From Synechococcales cyanobacterium bin2.concoct.b11b12b14.033 (GTDB lineage Bacteria > Cyanobacteriota > Vampirovibrionia > Caenarcaniphilales > Caenarcanaceae): a stretch of 64,000 nucleotides of DNA. Of this stretch, positions 58,000 through 64,000 are shown piece by piece. The notes under the pieces are model-generated. The model did not search any database. It was not told the DNA's origin and saw nothing but the letters and a program-made list of their open reading frames with translations. The stretch's first letter is position 1; every line of letters starts with the position of its first letter. The stretch covers positions 7,030 through 71,029 of the forward strand of contig JAAFJH010000001.1 of assembly GCA_013298875.1 (NCBI GenBank), given 5' to 3'. A program made the position numbers and the translations under genes.

Positions 58000-59892
58000 A
58001 TGCAAAAAATTAATTTAAATAAAATTATTGGCTTATGTTTTATTAGTATTTTGTTTTTAAGTGCTTGTAGTGATAAATCTAATATAAACAATAAAATTGC
58101 AATTAAACAAATTGATGATACAAAAAATGCCAAAAGCCTCTATAAAAGCAAAACTATTAATATTGATGGCACCGAATATAAACAACTTTTACATGGCAAA
58201 CCTGGTAAATATGGCGGAAATTTGATTTTAGCTTTGGGTGGCACGGGTCCCAAAACTTTTAATTATTGGGCTTCGACTGACTCAACTAGTTCGCAAGTTA
58301 GTAGTTTAATGTTTAGTGGCCTGCTTGAAAGAGACCCGTGGACTGGTGAAATGATGCCTGCCTTAGCCAAAAATTATGAAGTTCAAGACGGCGGTAAAAC
58401 CATTATTATTCATTTGCGTAAAGGTTTAAAATGGTCTGATGGGAAGGCAATTACTAGCGAAGATATTGATTTTACGTGGAATACAATTTTAAAAGAAGGC
58501 TTTGAAAGACTTGGGGCTAGGGAAACCGTTTGTATCGATGGAAAATTTCCTGAAGTGAAAATCTTAGACGAATATACAGTATCTTTCAAAACAATTAGGG
58601 TGTTTGCACCTTTTTTGGGTGAATTAGGTTATTCAATTGCTCCTGCTCATTATTTTAAGCCAATTTTACAAAAAGCCAGCCGAGGTTTAAGCCCTGAAAA
58701 AGCCCTTGAAAAGCAAAAGCAAGTTTTTTCTTCAATTTGGGGAGGAGATATAAACCCCCAAGAACTGATTGTGAGCGGGCCTTTTAAACTTAATAATTAT
58801 GCTAAAAGTGAAAGACTTGAATACATTAATAATAAAAATTATTATGTTTTGGACTCTGAGAAGAATCATTTGCCTTATGTAGAAAAGCTAACTTATTTAA
58901 TTTTGCCAAATGATGATTTAGAAGTTTATAAGTTTACTTCTGGGGAAATTCCGTTCTTGGGTTTAAATCCAGATACTTTTGCTTTACTCAAAAAAGTTAA
59001 ATCCAAAAATGCTTTTACTGTTTATGATCAAGGGCCGGCCAGCTCTTTGATATTTTGGGCTTTTAATTTGCAAAAAGGCAGAAAACCTCCCGCCAGTATT
59101 TGGTTTAACGATAAGTCTTTCCGGGCAGCTCTAGCCAAAGCTATTGACCGAGAAGCCATTATCAATAGTATTTATTTAGGTTTAGGTAGTCCAACTTGTT
59201 TAATTCAGCCTGATAATTCAATTTACTTTAATAAGCAATTAGGTAGTCAATGTAATTCTAAAGCAAGTCTGGAAGAGGCTAAAGGTATTTTAAAAAAAGC
59301 CGGTTATAAATATGACGCAGAGGGTAATTTGCATGATAAAAAAGGCAATTTAATTCAATTTTCTTTATATACAAATGCGGGCAGCAGCTCTGAAACAAAT
59401 TCTCCCCGGGAATTAATGGCTGTTTTAATTAAAGAGAATTTACAAAAGCTAGGTATTAAACTAGATATTAAAGTGGTTGAATTCAATAATTTAGTGGCCA
59501 GACTGACGCAAACTGGTGATTGGGAAACTACTATTATGGGGTTTAGCGGCGGAGACCCTTTTGAACCAAATAGTTCTGCTAATTTTTTATATTCAGATTC
59601 CCGCTTACATATTTATGATCAAAGGCCTGCTGGCAAAAAAATAAATGATTTACGTCCTTGGGAGGCTGATATTGATTATAATGTTAAAGAAGGAACCGCT
59701 TATTTGGACTTTGCGGAGAGAAAAAAATATTATGATAAAGTACAAGCTATTTTGTGGGAAGAAAAACCATTAATTTGTTTGGCAGTGCCTAAAAGCTTAA
59801 GTGCCGTGCGGGAAAATTATATTGGCAACTTTATGCCTAGCAAAGCAGCGGGGCTTTCTCATAATATTGAACAGTGGTATTTAAAACCATAA
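58000..59892 (+). CDS. ABC transporter substrate-binding protein, family 5 (oligopeptide/dipeptide OppA/DppA-like), lipoprotein
   Basis: 630 aa; lipobox LSACSD, SBP_bac_5 architecture. Confidence 0.8.
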   Translation: MQKINLNKIIGLCFISILFLSACSDKSNINNKIAIKQIDDTKNAKSLYKSKTINIDGTEYKQLLHGKPGKYGGNLILALGGTGPKTFNYWASTDSTSSQVSSLMFSGLLERDPWTGEMMPALAKNYEVQDGGKTIIIHLRKGLKWSDGKAITSEDIDFTWNTILKEGFERLGARETVCIDGKFPEVKILDEYTVSFKTIRVFAPFLGELGYSIAPAHYFKPILQKASRGLSPEKALEKQKQVFSSIWGGDINPQELIVSGPFKLNNYAKSERLEYINNKNYYVLDSEKNHLPYVEKLTYLILPNDDLEVYKFTSGEIPFLGLNPDTFALLKKVKSKNAFTVYDQGPASSLIFWAFNLQKGRKPPASIWFNDKSFRAALAKAIDREAIINSIYLGLGSPTCLIQPDNSIYFNKQLGSQCNSKASLEEAKGILKKAGYKYDAEGNLHDKKGNLIQFSLYTNAGSSSETNSPRELMAVLIKENLQKLGIKLDIKVVEFNNLVARLTQTGDWETTIMGFSGGDPFEPNSSANFLYSDSRLHIYDQRPAGKKINDLRPWEADIDYNVKEGTAYLDFAERKKYYDKVQAILWEEKPLICLAVPKSLSAVRENYIGNFMPSKAAGLSHNIEQWYLKP

Positions 59893-59901
59893 AGCTTTAG
59901 A

Positions 59902-60360
59902 ATGAATATTGGCCGTCGTGTAGTAAATATCCTAAAAACAATGTTAATTTATGAGTTAAGTAGCCAAAAGCCTGTCAGTGCTTGTCAGTTAAAAGCAGAG
60001 TTGGGCGTTATAGGAACCGAAAATATTGATTTACGTGAAGTTATGAATTTGGTTAGTAGCGGTAAATATGCTTCTTTTGATGAAATAATCATTGATGATC
60101 AAACCCCCAAGGAATTATTAAACAAATTTTCCGAAGAGCATTTGCACCATGATGAAGAAGTAAGATATTTCTTGGAAGGCAAATCTATTTTTGATGTACG
60201 TGGCTCTTCAGACGAATGGATTAGAATTGAAGCAGAAGAAAAAGACTTTATTACAGTTCCAGCTAATTTATATCATCGTTTTTTTGCTATCGATAAAAAA
60301 GTAAAAGCTATTCGTTTGTTTACTGATACCGATGGCTGGCAACCAATCTACCGAGAGTAA
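59902..60360 (+). CDS. mtnD: Acireductone dioxygenase (ARD, methionine salvage)
   Basis: 152 aa cupin; EEHLHHDEEVRYFLEG and metal-ligand His/Glu pattern of ARD. The tracked start may be slightly N-terminally short. Confidence 0.8.
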   Translation: MNIGRRVVNILKTMLIYELSSQKPVSACQLKAELGVIGTENIDLREVMNLVSSGKYASFDEIIIDDQTPKELLNKFSEEHLHHDEEVRYFLEGKSIFDVRGSSDEWIRIEAEEKDFITVPANLYHRFFAIDKKVKAIRLFTDTDGWQPIYRE

Positions 60361-60450
60361 TCAATCGTTTTTCAACCCCTAATTATTAAATTGTATAAAT
60401 TTGTTATACTAAATCAAAATATTAATTTGGCTAATTTTTGAGGACTGATT

Positions 60451-60801
60451 TTGAAATTTCTCCTTTTATTTATATTTCTGATTTCAGTTCAGACTTCTCA
60501 TATTGCTATTTCCACGGAGATCAAAGCTCTATGTTATGGGCCAGGCCTTTATGGCAATAAAACTGCTTGCGGATTAAAATTAAGCCCCGATTTGCGTGGC
60601 GTAGCTCATAAAAGCTGGCCGCTAGGCAAAAAGATAAAAATAAAATATTGTAAAAAAGAAATTATTTTGCCAATTATTGACCGAGGGCCTTATGCAACTG
60701 AGGCTCAGTTAGACGTTACGGAAGCTGGGGTTCAAGCCTTAGGTTTTAAAGACTGTGCTGACTTTGGCTCACGGACATTATTAGTTGACATCCAAGACTA
60801 A
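60451..60801 (+). CDS. RlpA-like double-psi beta-barrel (DPBB/3D-domain) protein
   Basis: 116 aa; signal peptide, CYGPGLYGNKTACG...IIDRGPY motif typical of RlpA/3D domains. Confidence 0.6.
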   Translation: MKFLLLFIFLISVQTSHIAISTEIKALCYGPGLYGNKTACGLKLSPDLRGVAHKSWPLGKKIKIKYCKKEIILPIIDRGPYATEAQLDVTEAGVQALGFKDCADFGSRTLLVDIQD

Positions 60802-60894
60802 TTTCCTTACCGATTTTATCTGTTTACCCCTTGTAGGTAATCTTCTTTTATAATAGGTGAAATATCATTTTGTCTAGCAGCTTATATAAATATT

Positions 60895-61776
60895 ATGCTT
60901 TCAGCTTTTAACCAAGTAATTAACAGTTCGGAATTTATTATTACCTGTGAATTATCGCCGCCCAAAGGTGTAAACTATTCTCAAATGATTGAACTCGCCA
61001 GGCCGCTAAAAAATTTGGTACACGCTATTAATATTACTGATGGGCAGGGTGCAAATATGCACATGAATTCAATTATTGCGTCTCACCTAATAGAAAAGGA
61101 AACTGGCATTGAATCTATTTGTCAATTAGTTTGCAGAGATCGTAATTCTATTGCTTTGCAAGCTGATTTATTAGGAGCTTTGGCTTTGGGGCTAAAAAAC
61201 TTTTTGGCTTTGTCTGGAGATAAAAGTTCAGCTGGAGACCATCCTCAGGCAAAAGATGTTTTTGAATTAGGCACTGACGATTTAATTAAAATATTCGGAC
61301 AATTTGCCAAAGGTTTAGATTTGATGAATAATAAAATTGACCAAATTATTCCAGCGGAAAATAATTGTATTGGAGCAGCGGCTCATCCTGGAATGGAAGA
61401 TTTGAAGACTCAAGCCACGAAAATGAAACAGAGACTTGAAACCGGGGTTAAGTTTTTTCAGACCCAAATAGTTTATGACTTAGAGCAACTCAAAAGGTTT
61501 TTAGATTCAATTCAAGAAATTAAAGTACCAGTTTTAATTGGAATTACGCCCCTGAAAAGTGTCAAGATGGCTAATTTTATGAATGAAAAAATTTATGGAG
61601 TTACGGTCCCAGACAATTTAATTAAACGTTTAGCTCAGGCTGATAATCAAAAAGAAGAAGGTTTTAAAATAGCAGCTGAATTGGTGGCTGAAGTTAAAGC
61701 TTTAAAAGGCCGAGGAGTGCATATTATGGCAATTGGACAAGAGAGTTTCTTACCGCAAATCATTCAAGGCATTTGA
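60895..61776 (+). CDS. metF: Methylenetetrahydrofolate reductase
   Basis: 293 aa; TIM-barrel MTHFR blocks (ITCELSPPKG, ALSGD, GAAAHP). Confidence 0.85.
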   Translation: MLSAFNQVINSSEFIITCELSPPKGVNYSQMIELARPLKNLVHAINITDGQGANMHMNSIIASHLIEKETGIESICQLVCRDRNSIALQADLLGALALGLKNFLALSGDKSSAGDHPQAKDVFELGTDDLIKIFGQFAKGLDLMNNKIDQIIPAENNCIGAAAHPGMEDLKTQATKMKQRLETGVKFFQTQIVYDLEQLKRFLDSIQEIKVPVLIGITPLKSVKMANFMNEKIYGVTVPDNLIKRLAQADNQKEEGFKIAAELVAEVKALKGRGVHIMAIGQESFLPQIIQGI

Positions 61777-61869
61777 GTATTTATTAATTTGTAATTAAGT
61801 TTCATAATTCGGTGATTTAAATGACTGAGAACTGGGAAAAATTTATTTAAATTAGGCCACGTTTGTGTA

Positions 61870-63393
61870 ATGAAAAATAAAATCCAGAATTCGACAGTTT
61901 TAGTTTTAGGCTCAAATCCTTTAAGTAAAAAAGACTTGAATTATGAATTGCTCAATTTGAAATACTTGCCCTCTCTGGATCAGGTATTAGCTTTAAAACC
62001 TAATTTATTGATTGTTAATTTTAATAGTTACAAATCAAATTATCATGGCCAATTAATCGAGCTTTGCGAAAATTTAAAAAAACTTTCAGCTTTACCCATA
62101 ATTTTAATTGAAGATCAAGACAAGGCTGGCTCAGAAATTGAAGATCATATTAAAAATTTATTTGAAAATATTTGGAGTACTTCTTTTAGTATTAATCAAG
62201 CCTCCGATCAAATTAATGCCCTTTTAACCCAAGACAATTCAGAGACGGAAGAGTTTTTAGCTAAAACCCATAATTCAGAGGAAAAAGAATTAAAATTTCA
62301 AGAAAATATTTTTCTTAATTGTCTTTCCCCAATTAATTTAGAAACACATTTTTACAGCTCTTATGCAAATACTAATAAACCAATAATTAGCGGCAACTTT
62401 TTTAAAATTATAGATTTGTCTGCTAGTCAAGTGGGTATTTTCTTTGCGGAAATAAAGTCTAGCGAGGCAATTAAAGCTTTTTTGACTGGATATTTATTAG
62501 CAGAAATTAATACTTTAATTAATACTGAGCAAAAACAAATACTTTGGTCGGCTAATTCATTACTAAGCAAATTGTCAGATTCTTTATATGAAGTGAATAA
62601 AGATTGCTCCACCAGTATAAAGGCTTGGTATGGAATTGTTGACCTAGGAAATTTGAAAATTAATTATGCTAGTGCCGGAAAATTATCGCCGCTCCTTAAA
62701 ACAAATTCATTAAAAACTGAAATACAAAGTGAATTGGGCTTAAAAGCTGGAATGGTTTACCCTGAGGCTAATTGTGAATTAGAAGCAAAAAGTAATTTTT
62801 TATTTTATACCGACAATTTGATTAATAATGAGCAACTTTTTAGCCAACTTGAAAATATAAGCCAAGAAGTGAATGCTCAAGATGAAAATAAAAATTTGGA
62901 GAATATATTAAAAGACTTTTCGAATGAAGATTATTTAGTTTTATATTGTAAATTGAAAGAAAATCGTGAAATTCATTGCCTAGGAGATAGTTTTTCGGAA
63001 ATTTTGCCTCAAATCGATGAAATATTAAATTCTTTACCCGAAAATTTAAATCCTGAAATTGTTAATGAAACCGAAATTGCTTTGCAGGAATTGTTTTTCA
63101 AAGCTTATACCAAAATTCAAAGAAGCCGCCTAATTGACTCTTTTAATGAGGAAGCAGACCAAATTGGCAAACAACTAAATTTATTTTCGATTAAAGGTTT
63201 TAAAGCTAATTGGTGGCTAAATTCAGACAAATTAGATATTTCGATTTATTTGCATGAAAGCAATATTCCTTGGTCTTGGAATAATAAATTGCATCAAGAT
63301 TTAGAAGGAATTAGCGATTTAATTTTATTCTTTGACAATATTCAAATTCACCCCAATCAAAGAGAAATAACCATGAGCAAAAGCCTTTTTTAA
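61870..63393 (+). CDS. Degenerate PP2C/SpoIIE-like (pseudo)phosphatase with receiver-like N-terminal domain
   Basis: 507 aa; C-terminal region follows SpoIIE/RsbU block order (GNFFKIIDL... for GDFYDV, ASAGKLSP for ANAGHPP, YTDNL for YTDGL), but the metal-binding GDVSGHG block is replaced by AEIKSSE. Confidence 0.45.
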   Translation: MKNKIQNSTVLVLGSNPLSKKDLNYELLNLKYLPSLDQVLALKPNLLIVNFNSYKSNYHGQLIELCENLKKLSALPIILIEDQDKAGSEIEDHIKNLFENIWSTSFSINQASDQINALLTQDNSETEEFLAKTHNSEEKELKFQENIFLNCLSPINLETHFYSSYANTNKPIISGNFFKIIDLSASQVGIFFAEIKSSEAIKAFLTGYLLAEINTLINTEQKQILWSANSLLSKLSDSLYEVNKDCSTSIKAWYGIVDLGNLKINYASAGKLSPLLKTNSLKTEIQSELGLKAGMVYPEANCELEAKSNFLFYTDNLINNEQLFSQLENISQEVNAQDENKNLENILKDFSNEDYLVLYCKLKENREIHCLGDSFSEILPQIDEILNSLPENLNPEIVNETEIALQELFFKAYTKIQRSRLIDSFNEEADQIGKQLNLFSIKGFKANWWLNSDKLDISIYLHESNIPWSWNNKLHQDLEGISDLILFFDNIQIHPNQREITMSKSLF

Positions 63394-63426
63394 AATCTAC
63401 CTTCTTAAACTTCTTTTTTGATTAGA

Positions 63427-64000
63427 TTACATGGTCAAAATCTTGAAAGTTTCGGGGAATATTTCTTTTGCGATTTCTTTCATAGCCTTGGCATATTGTT
63501 GAATTTCCCATTGAGCGTTTTCATGATCTCGGAGTTTTATAAAATGCAGCAAAGCCCTTAAATTACAAGTCCAATAATATTCGGTATAAGTAGTTAGTGG
63601 CAATACTCCCCTGGCTTGTTCTCGAGCTACTCCTAATGCTAATAGCTGTTTATAATTTTCAAAGCTTTCTTTGACGGTTTTTGTATAAATTAAATTGGCT
63701 TTTTCATGCTCTAATTCATTACCTTCAATACTTGCTTGTCGATTATTAGTACTTTGTTGTCTAAATTCTTTCGGTATATAAAATTCTTCTTTTACTTCTA
63801 CGTATCGTCCACTTATCTCATTAAAACTGGAAATACGATGGCGAAAATGTTGACGGGCAATAAATATAGGAGCTTTAACCAAAAAAGTAATTGAATTATG
63901 CTCAAAAGGTGTTCCGTGATCATGTTCGAGCAAATATTTAATTAATTTTCGGTCTTTGTCTTCAATGCTGTCTATTTTCTTTCCAAAACTCACCCGTGCA
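63427..64000 (-). CDS. thyX: Flavin-dependent thymidylate synthase, N-terminus beyond window end
   Basis: ThyX signature RHRxxSxxExSxRY (ARQHFRHRISSFNEISGRY) and HGTPFEH. The frame is open through position 64000 (...ARVSFGKK resembles the ThyX N-terminal AARVCY block), so the true start lies outside the window. Confidence 0.9.
   Translation of the reverse strand, partial: ARVSFGKKIDSIEDKDRKLIKYLLEHDHGTPFEHNSITFLVKAPIFIARQHFRHRISSFNEISGRYVEVKEEFYIPKEFRQQSTNNRQASIEGNELEHEKANLIYTKTVKESFENYKQLLALGVAREQARGVLPLTTYTEYYWTCNLRALLHFIKLRDHENAQWEIQQYAKAMKEIAKEIFPETFKILTM

Overview
This 64-kb window is AT-rich (roughly one-third GC by eye) and has bacterial gene organisation: tight packing, overlapping stop/start junctions and one tRNA. 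I infer about 65 protein-coding genes.

Outside one island (about 37.7-45.7 kb, described below), the content is ordinary chromosome:
- Housekeeping and metabolic genes: eno, uppP, hemW, pyrE, ahcY, rpsU, speH, bioD, pstS, plsC, hom, rpmF, gltX, HU, fba, pabA/trpG, uvrA, gpmI, lpxB, mtnD, metF and a partial thyX.
- Gram-negative envelope functions: a MarR-TolC-MFP-RND efflux operon, LpxB, a CcdA-family thiol-disulfide transporter, an A24 prepilin peptidase and an RlpA-like protein.
- Many low-complexity hypothetical proteins, several lacking a signal peptide.

This mix would fit a host-associated, possibly amoeba-associated, Gram-negative lineage, but that is a low-confidence inference. I found no rRNA, CRISPR array, integrase or prophage.

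The island at about 37.7-45.7 kb is the most interesting region. It contains:
- a hicB-hicA toxin-antitoxin cassette bracketed by 20-bp direct repeats that duplicate the 3' end of a degraded ImmA/IrrE-like gene;
- an OLD-family ABC-ATPase/Toprim nuclease immediately followed by a Dam-class (D12) adenine methyltransferase, a candidate restriction-modification-like two-gene module that does not match a named defence system I know;
- uvrA, whose 3' end overlaps the dam 3' end convergently by 33 nt;
- a solitary fusion of a PD-(D/E)xK-like N-terminal domain with an HsdM-like gamma-class N6-adenine methyltransferase.

Other noteworthy signals:
- a 202-bp element with perfect 19-bp terminal inverted repeats between eno and uppP, which could be a MITE or a 6S-like structured RNA;
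- a roughly 170-bp near-identical duplication of upstream sequence in front of two paralogous effector-like genes;
- a GNAT acetyltransferase gene interrupted by a single in-frame TAG;
- a decayed Rpn/PD-(D/E)XK transposase remnant;
- a protein built from four tandem RNA-polymerase alpha-CTD-like HhH repeats, encoded by 201-bp DNA repeats;
- a degenerate PP2C/SpoIIE pseudo-phosphatase;
- a TMEM189/FAD4-like lipid desaturase.

All calls rest on reading the ORF translations and motifs by eye. I ran no searches.
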